64,000 nt of DNA from Lingula anatina (GCA_051362555.1 CM120641.1:25364401-25428400), one strand, 5' to 3'; shown: positions 44,822 through 58,707, counted from the stretch's first letter. Program-made: numbers and translations. Notes: generated from the sequence alone by a model not told the origin.

Positions 44822-47195
44822 CTAAAATGTTTTAACAAAGACAAAAATGGTTAAATCTAAATCTGGAACGCATCTGCCTTGTTTTATACATATAGTCCCA
44901 TTTTAGAACAAGAATCAATAGCCATGTAATGTAATAGAAATTTAATAAGATTTGTCATCGTCTAAACCCTCTAATACTAAAAAACATTTTTCTACAAAAC
45001 GAGTCCAATACTTACTGAATCAACATCACTTCACACTGCTCGTCATAGCTAACCTGAATGAAAGATGGAGAGAAATGGCTTATATCATTTTCCATACTTT
45101 CGTGAATCGTAAATTAGAAAAAAAAAAGCAACACACACACACAAACCCCGATTCCTCCTTTCGCTCTTACCTTTGTTTGCTTAAGTGTCATCCTGTTCCA
45201 CGCTTCAATATCGATACTGCAAATATGAAGGCGTTTTTGTTATCAAAGGATCCCTTCGGTAAGCCGGAAGAAGATCCCTCTCAACTAGAAACGGAGTCCG
45301 TAACTCAGGCGAAGAATAATAAATATCTATGGAACAGATGCGTGCACTTTTCTTTCTATCATAATGTATGTTCACTGAAGGATCAGAATCTCAAAAGTGT
45401 ACCCAGGGTTTATCGTTTTACCATTTTGACTAGGAAAAATCGTCTTTCAACAAGCTATTTAAGAATCACTTGATTTGTTTGAACCCAAATTGTCTAGGGG
45501 ATAAGGTCATGATAACGGTTGTCATTTTCTCTGCAAGGGGTAAGACGCAAGTCGTAAAGCGACAGTTTTGGGTCGTTTAAAATGAAAAATGATTTTAGCA
45601 CGAGTTGCTCATTGTATTGGCATTGGGTAACATGAAACTGCATTTAAAATCCTCCACGCGTGACGACACGTTGCCGGGCTTTTTTTTTCCAACTCTCTTG
45701 GTCCGTTGTATGATTTTTGAAAGTGCATTTACCCTTGAATCTTCGAATCTTCTACAATATTTATTTCAATGGTTTCCGATGCGTCACAGAGATTTGAACG
45801 TACCGATATTGGCCAGAAAGAACTGATAAAGGTAACTTCACTATCTATAAATATCTATACATATTTGCGATGTATGTAAAATTGCATCGATTCCAAAAAG
45901 GCAATAAAGGGATAATAACGATAAAAGATAGAGATTGTGCACGGGGAATCGTTGCTGGAAAACATATCGTTTGACCAAATTGAAAAAGAAAAAAGACCTG
46001 AAGAAGTCGATTGTTTAAGGCGACCAAACCTAATGAGAGTATATCGCACCAATAACTCCCCCTGTTAATCATTAAATGACTTGCACCACATTTGAGACGT
46101 CTTGGTATTGACAGAAACAAGGACCAGACCAAGGGTGCACATGTATATTTATTCTCCGCCAGAGGTCATTTGGGTGATGACTTTTAATTTTCCCGCTGGA
46201 CAGAAATGTGCACAGAATGACCAGAGAATTATACGTAAAAATCTAATGAAAAACCCCTGAGAGACATCCCTGGGAGACATGTAGTCTGCAGACTGAAAAC
46301 TAGACATTTACTTACCGATTCTCTGGATTTTCTCAGCAGAAGGTTCGCCATTTTGATTCCAGAACACAGAGCGATAGGATTAAACACGCCGCGGTTAATA
46401 TCGCCTTAAAACTCGGCCCCGAAGAAAAAAAACAAAATTTGTTCGAAATTCAATGCAGTCAAAATGGCAAACGCTTCACTGGTCATGCATCCTCTTTTAC
46501 ACAGAAGTGGCATCAAAAGGATGAGAGGTCAAGTCCAACTATTCTTTACATAAATCACAATAGGTATGGAGTGGTTCGTCAACTCCATTAACCTCTTCTC
46601 TTATACTATTTTTCAAATCAATTCCGACTCCGTTCTGATAAGAATTGACTACTGAAAACAATTCAAAGCACCTTTAAAGTACAATTCTAAACATCGCCTT
46701 ATTTGTCGCTTTATTGTCCAATGCAGCTTTCAAAGTTCTGAAACTATGAGATCATCGTTTTGATCTTTTCCTTTAACGGCAAACCAAATCTGGTAGAATA
46801 TCAAATATCAAAGATCAAATCAGCTATAAAAAAGGGCGTATAACCAATAGATATAACATTAAACTCATCTATCTGGGAAGAAACTATAAGTCCTCTCGGG
46901 AAAAAACGATGCCAAAACACTTGAATTCACTCTCTGTCGCATGTAAAACAAAATTGCCGATAAAAATAATATATTCAATGCACATGTAACGCCAACAAGT
47001 GGACTTCATGACTGCATGAGCCTGTTCTTACTACTTCTCTGCTTTGAAAATGTTTCAGCTATTATGTAATTGACAATTTCAATGAGAATATAATTTGGCA
47101 AATATTCTGAAGCGTGGCGAAAAAGAAATCCACACACTATTTTCAACAGCCCTGTCAATTTATGATATGAAATCATTAAATACGACCGGCTAATA

Positions 47196-50176
47196 TCAGC
47201 TTTTGCTCTGCGAATTCAGAAGGCTTTCAAAGTCTGGTGTACAAACAAGTCTGTCATTTACACGTCCCAAAACCGTCATGTCTCCGGTGCCGTCTTCTCC
47301 TATCCTCACTGATACAAGGTCCTGAAAGGAAAGATTTATATATTTATGAAAAAATTTTATTGTAATGATTAAATTTCTACTTAAATTTCTACAGAAATGT
47401 TTAAACAGTACATCTGGGTTTATCAAATAAAAAACGAATAAAGATTGGTCTGGTTTCCGAGGAACTGCCCCAAGTAATTTATCTTACAGCAAATTACCTG
47501 CAAAAAGCCACATGGTGTTCCCATGGCAACATCAAGAGTGACATTTCCCAGCATTAATCTCGTTTTTCCTGACTTCAACACCTGTAGTTTCCCAATGTAA
47601 CCTTCTGAAAAGTCCCGAAGGCTGGATTTTCCCATTTGATCACATAACTTGGCCTTAAAAAAAGTGGAAAAGTTCAAGTACTTCATCAAAAGAGAGTATT
47701 TTCATTCAAAGGGCCAAGTTTGTGCACTCTGCTAAAGTATGATGTATACTTGCTCTTCTCAAGTTGAAAGCAAGCTAATTTAAAGAACCCACCTCATCCG
47801 TGTCCATTTTGGTGGACGAAGCCCCCTCTTTTCCCTTGACCTCTGCCTCCTCCCTGGGTGGGGGAACACCGGGCAGAGAGTCAGGCAGGTGGAAAAATAA
47901 CAGCTGGCCTGTCTCTACAGGAAAGAGGAAATAAACACATTTTCAATCTAATATATACAATTCTTATCATGACTATTCTTACTTAAATATGCTCAAATTC
48001 AAATGAGTTTATGAATTTGCAAATCAAACACTACCAAAATCACAATCAGAAAACAATAAGGAGACACTCTATTTTCCATCAATACCTGATTTTTCAGCTT
48101 TAGCAAATATTTCTGAACAGGTTTTTTCTTTTTCTACTGGTTTTGGCTTCTGCGGCACCTGCTTAACAGGCTTTGAAGACACAGTTGGAATGTTTGTCTT
48201 ATCCTCCTCGTCCACCTCCATTGGCTCAGCTGTATTATACAGAAATGATAAACTATTGAAAAAAATTTAAGAAAGTTTTTAAAACTTTGAAGTATTTTTA
48301 TAATCTAAACAAATAACATGCATCTGTGCAAGGTCTTCTATACAAGCAATATGTCCTTCCAGAAGCAACTCTTCACATAACTAATACACATATTATTTAA
48401 AAATTCTTACATTTTATTGCATCTGTTTCCAACTGTGGTTCTTTTTTCACTGAGGTTGCCAGAGGTAAGGCCACTGGATTAAGTCCCTCGTCAGCACCTG
48501 ACATGTCACCAAAATCTATAAACTGAAAAAAATAAACAAAATAGAAATTTTGACAAAATTCATCTACAACTTTCATTGCTAAGTGCCATTTTAAGGTAAC
48601 ATGGATACGTAAATTTAACCTTAATATATAATCTCTTCTAAACTAAATAAAAAAAATGAAAACTGACATTAAAATTGTTTAATGCATTGCTTAATATATT
48701 TTCAAAAAATTTATTTTCAAGACTTCTTACATCATCTCGAAGCAAGTTATCCAGTATTCTTTTGGTGTCTTCATTTTCTGTCTTCTCCCTCTTCACAGAA
48801 AGTTTAGATGTTGAGGAATCCCCTCTCTCTCTCGTCTCAGTGTAGCCTGATGACCCTGAACAGATTTGAAATATCTGCTATAACAAACCTAATCTTATTC
48901 TCCAAAATATACGTACTAATAAGTTCTGATATTAGATAAGCCTTTTTTTCTTTACTGGACTAGCTCTAGGATCAAACTTCTTATGGCTGAAGTGCTAGAT
49001 AATTTGAGCCTAAAAAAATTAAATTGAATCAAGAAAAAATCTGCAAAAAGTAGTGCAATATTTTACATCTTTATTACCAATTTTTAATGTGCTTAACATT
49101 TGGCTTAATAGATAAAATATAAATGTACAAACCTCTTGCTTGCAGCCTTTCTGTAGGTCCTTGTTCAAAAATTGAATGGGACTGCAAAACCTCTCCTCTG
49201 CCTCTTCCCCTACCCCTTCCTCGTCCTCTCCCTCTTCCCCGAGCTCCATCTCCCCCTCCTCTATCTTTCCTTGTACTACCAGGACTAGGCTTAGGTTCTG
49301 GAGTTTCACCTGTACTTCTGCAATGATGAAAATAAGACCTGCTTGATAATCTGACTATAAACCAACTTAAAGATTGCATGAAAAAATGTTTTATAAATAC
49401 TAAATGAAAGAAAATAATATATTTGGCAAACAGGTCTATTGAGATGAATCAAGATATGCACATGCATTACTGTCAAATTGGCAAGTGATAAAACATTAAA
49501 GCTAGCAATATGGTCAATAAACATCAAAACACATTGACATTTATTAAGGAGACTTGAACACCTCATTCTTGTAACAAAATGTCAATATAAAACATTAAAG
49601 CTAGCAATATGGTCAATAAACATCAAAACACATTGACATTTATTAAGGAGACTTGAACACCTCATTCTTGTAACAAAATGTCAATATAAAACTGACCCCT
49701 TAAGAAAGTGATGAATAATCTAAATGTTTGATAAGTGTCCTTGCTACTTATGTTTTAATTATGCCAATTCATGTCCCGTGTATATGTTCAATAATAACCG
49801 GGACTCCAGTATACCTTTCCTTGCTTCTGTCTTTTCTCACTGGAATATTGGGAGCAAATGTCTTCTTCTTTACACCTCCAAGAGTCAAATCCCTGGGAGC
49901 TCTAAGTGATGGCAACCTAAAAAATAGATAATCATGGCAATAAATGTTAAAGATGGCACTGCAAATTATGAATATCAATTAAAGAAAAGATGACAGTTTC
50001 ATTAGCATGACTTGGGAAAAATCCACAGATAAATCACTAGTAGAGCTGGCTTTAAATGTTACAAGTTTTAACAAAAAACAGACCTACCTGACCCCCTTGG
50101 CAGTTGGAGTTCCCGTCCTCCCTATCAACCCTCTTGGGAGATCACTGCTGTTTGGAGTCTGGTCATTAGATGCCAT
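47196..50176 (-). CDS. POLR3D: RNA polymerase III subunit RPC4; exons 50176-50088, 49916-49815, 49317-49133, 48855-48731, 48522-48411, 48229-48086, 47914-47793, 47653-47498, 47321-47196
   Basis: Phase-consistent exons encode RLPSLRAPRDLTLGGVKKKTFAPNIP, an RG repeat followed by QSHSIFEQGP, LLFFHLPDSLPG, EGYIGKLQVLKSGKTRLMLGNVTLDVAMGTPCGFLQDLVSV and LVCTPDFESLL, all characteristic of RPC4. A probable non-coding first exon has its donor near 51226. Confidence 0.94.
49488..49692. repeat. Tandem duplication, 99-bp unit x2, in a POLR3D intron
   Basis: Apparently identical copies start at 49488 and 49587. ATAAAAC recurs at 49686 as microhomology. Confidence 0.92.
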
Positions 50177-51021
50177 CTTTATTGAGTCTGTAAAAATACC
50201 TGTTGCCAATGCTAAAAATATTTGTGTGTTTAATTATGTTTCTATAAAGTACTGGGAGTATAAGGAGTCCGTTTTAGTAAAGTAAATTGCATATGTTGTC
50301 TACAAAGTGTCCCTCGATACAGTTTAAAGCGTTTCCATTTTCTTTTTATAAATTTTGCTAAAGGAAGTACATGTATAAAGTAATAAACGTATACTGAAGG
50401 CAATTAACCACACTACATGTGCTAAATTTTCTTAAGTCAGTAAAAATAATAACTCTTTGTCCTTTCAAAACAACTTCTAACCATTTAGGAAAGTCTATAT
50501 TGCCAGTAATAAAGCTAACTCAACCTTGGCATTTTTGACGAACTGATTTGACTTCTCACTCACTCGCCCTCTCCTAGCTTTCTTAGGATACTTTCGGTAA
50601 AAGTTACCAGAGAATAGTTGTTAATTTGACAGCTTCCATTGGCTGGACAACTCACCACATTGGCAGGAAAAAAGTTCCATTCTAAATCCTCAAATCATGG
50701 CATATTGGCAAGAAATGTGAAGTTGACAGACCCAGAAGAAATCACTCTAGGATATTTGGAGATCATATAACACTACTGCAGTACAGATATTTTATACTCG
50801 CAAAAATTGAATAACATGTTCATTTCTAAATATATTCTCCAGTCAGACCTTATGGACTAATGGCATTTTTGATCAATCCTTTGATTTGAGCTCAGTCGAG
50901 AAGGTGATACTTTAGGGGTTTATTAATTAATTAATTATTTAGGCTCGTGGAGGGGACTTGAAGATTTTCAGCTTCAACTTAACCACTTTGACCAGACTGT
51001 ACCAACTCAGTAATGGTAAAT

Positions 51022-51098
51022 ATTGTAAGCTTATGTTACCAATACAAGAGACCGTTAGTAACATACGCTTTCTTGTGTTGGTAATGTAAGCTTACAAT
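51022..51098 (+). other. 77-nt hairpin (30-bp stem, 17-nt loop); candidate small-RNA precursor or tiny palindromic element
   Basis: 51022-51051 pairs with 51069-51098 without gaps: 26 Watson-Crick and 4 G-U pairs on the + strand. Confidence 0.6.
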
Positions 51099-52497
51099 GC
51101 TTTCCTTCATGTATTTATATGCGCATTTTAAAACTTTCCTACCCCGAACGGTTGGTCCGTAGCAAAACACGATGAGACTGACGTGAATACATGTAGTTCG
51201 TTATAGATATGTTACGACGTACTGACCTTTCGACAGACAAAGGCTTTATGGAAGGCACGGCTTCTTCCTGGTAATCGGGCTTTTCACGTAATAATCACCA
51301 TACCAGGAGAACTTCTCACATTTTGTTGAAGAAACGTCTCACATGGGCGCAGACATATTGACTTGACGCAACACTGATTACAGCGCCAGCTACACAAGAC
51401 AAGCTATACTTAACACGTCGGAAATTTTACGTCGAAAAATCCCTGATACAGCTTCGTGATTAAGTATTAATCAATTGGCCTATATTTTAAAGATTTTTCA
51501 TTATATCTAGAAGTTCATTAGCGAACAATAATTGAACTCTAAATCAAACAATCTTTCATGTTCAGACACCGATGAAGGACATTTTGAAAATTAATTAATT
51601 GAAAAAAAAACTTTTAACAACCAAAATTCTGATTTCCTCTTACTGTAATTGCTTTTAAGAAAATTATATTTGGCTTAGACATTGATTTATTGATGACATT
51701 TCATTTCTTTTCTTATTTTCTATAGGGGAATCAGAGCTTTGGAAAAACTATTAACTGCCTTTGTACGATAACATAAAAAAAGATCAGAGTAGATAAAAAA
51801 AAAAAATTGCCAAGTTTTTAAGTGGCATAATTAGAGCTAGAACAGGCCTCCATAAAAATCATCTTGAAAACATACTAAAAAGAGTGAATAGGATTTTATC
51901 ACCTAAGACAATTATTGGATATACCCCGTTGAAGAAATGTACATAAAATATTTTAGTTTTTATGCGTAAAAATTATGGAACGAGTTGTCAGGTTTTTAAA
52001 TAAAGACCGAAATACATTCATTACATTTGTCCAATGTGTAAAAAGGTCCTGTTAACACTTTTTTTGTTAAATCATCGCTATATTTCCGTTATTGCTTATA
52101 AATCGACAAAAATAGGTTCACTAGAACTTATGTTGTTTGTTTAAGTATATTCTAAAGAAATATAAAGTAAACTTGACTGAAACAAAATGGAAGTAAAGAA
52201 AAACAGTTGGCAACTTTAAATTTCCATTCCATCTAAAGCGTAACAAACACGCTTTACAAGATAAAGTCTGTCTCAAACATTTGGAAACATAAATTCGCTG
52301 ATAGCTATCGTTTCTTGGAAAAGCTACTCTGGTCGTGTAAACTGTTACCTGTGTCTGATGAGTTTTTGTCCAATTTGGAAGATCACATTTGAGCGTCACA
52401 GAGAAGCTAATTTTGAATGCTAAATAATAATCGATGAAATTTTCGCGAAATAATTGCAGCACGGCGAATGAAATATTTAATATTTCTATTGTCAAAA

Positions 52498-53775
52498 ATG
52501 GTAAATTGTGTTGCGTCTTATTTTGTTTATTTTCATTTCTCTCTTATGTCTATAATCTGCACCCCACTAAAATTTCAACTTGAGATGGCCTGGGTTGAAT
52601 GGTGCGTGAAATTGAAAGCGCGCCTCCACAATTGTGTGCGTATGACCGCTGGTAAGGAGGCGATCGTGGGTCGTGTGTGAAATTTGGGTGAGTTATACGA
52701 CTGTGTAACAGAATACTTCCGTATTTCCTTTTGATCTACGCGCCTATAAAATTGATGATCTTCAAGGTTTTTAATTTTTCAATCCCTGAGTCTATTTCTT
52801 TCCTTGAACGAAACTTATAGCAGGGATCCGATTAAACTACCATGCAATGTTTTGTAAACTCGTAAGATAATAACAATTTATCAAACAATTGACACCATCA
52901 AATCCAAAAAATAAAAAGCATTTATTTTTCCATCAACGCTTAGGACTACGTAGAGACTATACCAAGTAACAGCAGAATGAATGGTTCCGGACATTACCCT
53001 GGCCCGCCAGCATATGGCCATCAATACGCACAGAATATCCAGCAAGGCCACCAATATCCCCAGCCTGGAAAGAGTGACGCCCACGCCCAAAACACAGTGG
53101 TCATGGCCCAGCCCGCAGCCTCACACACAGTTGTCATCCAGCCCCCAACCAGCACACCGAGACCCTCCAGTTATCTTGGTCTGGCCATATTTGTCACAAT
53201 CTGCTGTAATCTGCCTATTGGTGAGTTGATATTTAAATCTGATATCTTTCATTGCTGTAACTCAAAGAAATATAGTACTCAAGAGTTTTGTTAAAGATTA
53301 TTCAGTAGGGCCTAAATGCAGTCTATGTCACAAAGGCAGGGGTGGGGGTCTTTTTTAACACACTTTAATATCTATTTGTGGAAGGTAAAAAATTGTTTTT
53401 TTAATCACTCATGATTAAAGGTCCAGTGCATTTTGTCAGAAACTGTTAAAGAGAAAGTGTGTCCATGAAAATTAGAGTTTACAATTATTTTAAATAATAT
53501 GGTAAATTTTACTGATACACAACTGTAAATGTAGCAAACATTGTTTTTTTTTTTTTTTTTGTACTCCAGGAATCATCGCCATTATTGTCTCCCTGTGTTC
53601 AGGATGTGCAGCAGACGAGAACAACATGGATTCTGCAAGACTTAGAGGAAAAATCTCCATGGGTCTCAGCATTACAGGCATCATTTTGACAATAGGGGGA
53701 GCCATTGCTGTTATCTTATATTTCACGGTGTTGGTTAAAGCTGCTGTAACTACAGTTGGTGCAGTTGTTGGTTAA
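52498..53775 (+). CDS. CD225/dispanin family membrane protein (PRRT1/IFITM-like); exons 52498-52500 (ATG, less certain), 52944-53220, 53570-53775
   Basis: Pro/Gln/Tyr-rich N-terminus with PPAY, then PSSYLGLAIFVTICCNLPIG|IIAIIVS...DSARLRGKISMGLSITGIILTIGGAIAVILYF. This gives two hydrophobic segments with the conserved CC motif of CD225. Confidence 0.88.
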
Positions 53776-54346
53776 AAGCTTTTCTGAATTATTCAAGTTT
53801 TTTTTTTCTGACAGACATTGGACTGAAAGTTTGTTGCATAAACTGTTATCGAGAATGCTCCAACATAAAAAAATGTTTGAAGTCATAACAATGTTACTCA
53901 GTTTACAGCATGTAACTATTTATATGTAAATTAATGATATTTAACTCTTGAAATACAAAGTGTAGCACCTTGGCACGTTTATTCATGATGTAAAGGAAGA
54001 CATCACAATCGTGACAATGACTTTTTATGCATCATTATAAATTGCACCTTTGACAAGTAATATTTTCTATGACTTATAATTTCAAAAAGTATTTTTATAA
54101 TGAAAATGTACACAAAAGTAATATATATTTATATATTTATAAGATAAAGAATACTGTCAACTTGTAAATTCTCTGTCCAAGAATCCTACTGTATGGTGCA
54201 GTCTGGAGATATTAGTAAATGCAAAATCCCCTCATAAGGTAAACCAATTTCCATCAGTGGAATCAGGAACTGAGAGAGTATTTCTTTTTCTTCATTTTAC
54301 AAGGTCAGCAGAATTGTATAGTTTTGTCTTTTATTAAATAACCACT

Positions 54347-56373
54347 TTAGCATGCCACTGAGGGTAGTTGTTCTGTCTTATGCCAGTGGTTATCTGTTCT
54401 TGCTGGCACTTTAGTAAACCTATAAAAACAAATGGGAAATTTAAGAATGTTGCTATTCATTAAAACTTGGGCATTGCAGGTTCAACTTCCATAAAAAATG
54501 TCGGAATCCCCATAAATCACATATTAAAGTAGGAAGAGTAGAAAATAAAAGTGGAAATGATGACTCTTTAATGTAAACTTAGATAATTTTGAAAATATCC
54601 TTTGGTTAACTACTGCTAAAAGGGCATATAATTACAAAGTATTACCTTGTCAACTTGAATAAAGGCTTTTCTTTATCTTCACTTTTTCTTCTTGGAGTAT
54701 GTTCTATTGATTTCCTGAAAAAAATCATTAATGATAGCTTAGTGGTGATTCTGATTATCATGGGTCCCACAAATATAAAAAAAATTAATATAGCAATAAG
54801 CATAAGTTGTAACATTTCACATATATATTATTTCAAATGGTTTCATTATATTTTATTAATTGATCAAGCTTCTATGTAATGTAGTGAAATATTTACCTTG
54901 CTACTTTGTGTTTTGAGTCCTTTGCAGTTTGACTATATGTCTGCTGGTATTCTGACTTGACGGGTTCTTTTGACTGTTTGGAAGGAAATGCATTTTTGCC
55001 ATGTAGTTTTTCTTGCTTGTCATGCCACTTTATGTTTTCTGTTTTCCATTCCTTGTTATAGGTGTAAGATAAAATCTTTCCCATCTGTGGTTTTTCTGTT
55101 TCAAGGTCTGGCCTAAAATTATAAAAAAGGTCCTATTAAAACATTTTTAAATTCTGATTTGTAATCCCTTTGGCGATCAATTATGAATTTGTATACTAGC
55201 CAACTTACTATTTATTATATTCTAAAAATCATACCTTTGAATTGCTGGATTTTCATAAGTATATAAAATTATTTGAATGCTTTTTTTACTTCATGATCAT
55301 TAATTTAGAAGTAACTTAAAAACAATACAACAATGCAAATCATGTAGCATGTTCATTAATTGTGTTCTTTAAAAACTGTGACTTACATCGGCAAAAAATT
55401 TCTATGCTGCTCTAGTTCTCCTGGTCTAGGTTTACTCTTGTGAACGGCTTTTGTTTTTGGTCCAGCAGGTGCAACTCTTTGTAACCTTACACCATACCCA
55501 GGTCTCTTTACCTCGGGGATCTTGACATTTTTATTTGTCACCCTTTTGTCATCTCCCTCCCGTTCATAAACTGTAAGTCTATCAAATGCATAAGGTAATC
55601 TCTTAGGTCTATTTTTTTCATAATCATAGTGGTCTCCTTCTGGCTTGTACTCTTCATGGACCATGTATTCTGGGAGCTTGTGCTCAAATGTCCTGCAAAT
55701 TCAAAATGGTTACATACATTTAGTTTGGTTTTCATATTGACAGAAAACATATTTTTGTAGATTCTACCACTAAATTAATTGAATATGATGACAGAAATGT
55801 TTGATCAGTAAGGTATGAAAGTTTTGAAGTTGAAGTGGGGGAGAAATTCATATTATTGTGAAATATATAATTTCATTATATATGTTTACTTATTTAAAAA
55901 CTTACTGTGAAGGTACTTCTTCTTCATTGTTATCCCAATAAAACCATTCATTTCTTGGGTATGGCACAGGATCTTTGGATTTTGGTTTGAAATCCCTAAA
56001 ACGAAGTAGATCTTCCCGACCTCCTCGCTTGCACAGTCTGATATATTTTGTGTCAGAGTCTCTGTAAACCATTTGTTTTTGAGGTTGCTCTTCCTCTGGC
56101 AGGTCGCTTAGTCCTGGAATCTGAGAGGCTGGAGGCAGTTCTTCCTCCAGATGGACCTGCCTTTTAGCTGGCGCATGGTAAAACCAACCTGAAATGTCAT
56201 TTTGAATATTATACAAGTTTAAACTTCCTGCTATGTGCGTGTATTTTTGTGCACGAAAAAAAAAACTTTAAAAATCTTTTGAGTTTTCACAATTTTTGCC
56301 TCGATGACCTTACTTGTACTCAGTATTGCATTTATTTCACCTATTTACCTGTCTCTGAAGGTTTTTGGTTCAT
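54347..56373 (-). CDS. C7orf57: C7orf57-like uncharacterised protein (DUF5524); exons 56373-56349, 56188-55906, 55692-55387, 55112-54897, 54714-54646, 54419-54347
   Basis: GWFYHAPAKR...PPASQIPGLSDL...DSDTKYIRLCKRGGREDLLRF and MGKILSYTYNKEW match recalled C7orf57 motifs (WYYHVPVKR, PPASQIPGLS, TDSEYVKLAKQGGRPDLL). Canonical splice sites. Confidence 0.82.
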
Positions 56374-56605
56374 CTTGTTAATGTGTAAATATTCGGTTTA
56401 ACTTTTAACAAACGCTCACTGCTGTATCCAAAGCTGCTCTGTCGAGTCTAGCGGTATAAACAACTCGATAAATACACACGATCACATGTGTATATGCAAG
56501 TGTTTGTGTGTAACTAAGAGACGATCTAATCGCGCGAGATAATATAAGATTTAGTTCAAGAGGGCCCAAATCTATTTTTCGTTATAGAAAAAAATACACA
56601 CAAAA

Positions 56606-56652
<47 letters not shown>

Positions 56653-56817
56653 ATGTTTTTATGATATGAAGTCAAAAATTTGGAATTTCTTTCTATTGAA
56701 CTAAAATCGAAAATAGTATATCATATTGTGTGCTGCCCTCTATTCTTCTGTTTTGTTATTGAAATGCTGAAAGCATGGTTCATTTTGGACATTTTGATCC
56801 CACACATTTCTTTGCTT
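56374..56817. promoter_or_regulatory. Probable bidirectional promoter between C7orf57-like (-) and METTL21A-like (+)
   Basis: The start codons are divergent and only ~445 nt apart. The interval is CpG-rich and includes TCGCGCGAGA, which resembles the TCTCGCGAGA promoter element. Confidence 0.6.
56603..56654. repeat. (AAAT)n microsatellite in the C7orf57/METTL21A head-to-head interval
   Basis: Read directly from the sequence. Confidence 0.92.
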
Positions 56818-58357
56818 ATGTCACTTGAAAAGACCGATACCTCCACCTGTGCTGGAGGAGAAGGAGGCTGTACTGCAGTAATGCTTTACGATGAAACCAA
56901 AGTACCGCACTTCCATAAGGATAGACGTGAATTTAAATTCGGCGAAACGCATTTATTTATTCGTCAGAATTGGAGCCAAGGTGGTGTGGCTGCTGTAGTA
57001 TGGGATGCGGTTAGTGAAAACTGTGACCACTGACCACATACTTTAGCTTGATAAAACAGTTCGACGTGCTTTTTTATACTTATGTAGGAGTGAAGTTCAA
57101 GGGGAATTGGCCTTATTTTATTAATTTTTTTAAAAATTATTTATTAAAATATGTACATGTAATACTAGTATGCTGAGCCCAGACTCCAGTCCACACGTGC
57201 TTTCCTTTTCCCATTTCAACATTAATAATTTTTATACATATGGCAATTTTTGTGTGAGACTTAAAATGAAACAGCTGTTTTTTAAAATTCTTTATTTTTT
57301 TATTATTTTTTGTATGTTTTGTCAGAACCACTTATACTGGTAATTGTATACAGTACATGATACCAGTAGATACATTATGATCATAAACTGTGTTCTTGTG
57401 TATTTTAGGCAGTTGTTCTTGCTGAGTATCTTGATAAAAATCCAGATGTAGTCAAAGGCAAGCTTGTTCTAGAACTGGGAGCTGGCACTGGACTAGCTGG
57501 CATTGCTGCAGCAATGTTAGGTAATCCTTGTTAAAGGACACACACACATACTGGTACCTGCATGGTTAGAAATTGGAAGTCAAAGACACCTGTTTACACA
57601 CTGAAAATAAGGTTAATTTTGATTTGATCCATATATGTGTACCACTTACAGCAAAAGTCATCTGTTGCTCTTGTATGTTGCATACAGTGGACAGCGAATA
57701 GTTGTAATTTACTTATCCTTCGGCTTGCACTTAAAACAATAGGATAATTGCACTTATATGTCATTTTGGTAATCGGAATGCACTGGAGCTTATCAAAATA
57801 CAGGCAAGGTTGTCAGTAAAATCAAAGTGCAATGATCCTTTTGTTTAAAGCCCCACCCATGGGATTATTTAAGTTCAGTAGGGTGGATATTACATCAAAA
57901 AAATTTCATCTATTGTGCTCTAGTCTAAAACAACTAATCTTTATCATTACTTTGTATGATATTTTATCAACTCTTTTTAACAGGCGGACACCTCACACTT
58001 ACAGACAGAGCAATGGCACTGGAATATATTCAAGAAAATGTTGAATTGAACATAAAATCTTTGAAAACTGTGCCAAAAGTAACAGAGTTGGACTGGGGAA
58101 AGAACTTGTTTCAGTTTTCTGATCCTTTTGATGTCATACTAGGTGCTGATATAATTTATATAGAAGACACTTTCCAAGATCTACTGGAAACTTTAAAGCA
58201 TTTGTGCAATAGAAACTGTTTGGTGCTTTTATCATGTAAAATAAGGTATGACAGAGACTCTCGGTTTCTCTCTATGATGAAGGAATTCTTCCATATAAAT
58301 GACATATATTATGACTCAAACAAAGATGTCCATATATATGAAGCATGTAAACAGTAG
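56818..58357 (+). CDS. METTL21A: Protein-lysine methyltransferase METTL21A-like (HSPA-KMT family); exons 56818-57009, 57409-57520, 57984-58357
   Basis: IRQNWSQGGVAAVVWDAAVVL, motif I VLELGAGTGLAG, LTDR, ELDWG, FDVILGADIIY and CKIRYDRD are typical of the METTL21 seven-beta-strand family, with 3 coding exons. A METTL21B-type assignment cannot be excluded. The start could instead be 56881. Confidence 0.88.
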
Positions 58358-58707
58358 CAAAGATGAATAAAGGTAAAATTTATTTTGATCAATAAATATC
58401 AAGTTGAATTATAATATACAGGTAAAGAAATGCACCATACACTAAATAAAACCAGTTTTGGAACTGTTCCTCTTGTTGTAAATCTGTAAAATTTAAAGTC
58501 ATAAAATACTGTAATGTAGTAATTATTTTTTCTATTCAAAAGAGACTAATGATATTTCTAGAGCCTCAATTTTTTCAATGGATCAACTGTTAGGTTGACA
58601 AATTGGAGGATTAAAAATATGCACTTTAATCTGATACTTGAAAATGAGGTTTTGTACTGTAATTCAATAAATACTGGTTCATTAAGCTTTGACAGGGACT
58701 GTGTAGT

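Noticed and set aside
44952-45473. 173-aa plus-strand ORF, the longest unexplained ORF
   Set aside because: It starts at TTG, has no recognisable domain, and is antisense to the globin upstream exons, so it is probably a chance ORF.
49190-49262. RG-repeat and purine/pyrimidine tract with ORFs in several frames
   Set aside because: It is explained by the RG-rich segment of POLR3D. The other frames are by-products.
41300-50087. Search for intronic C/D snoRNAs or tRNAs in the H2A.Z and POLR3D introns
   Set aside because: Only isolated TGATGA or CTGA boxes were seen, with no terminal stem or cloverleaf. A covariance-model search (Infernal/Rfam, tRNAscan-SE) would be needed to exclude them.
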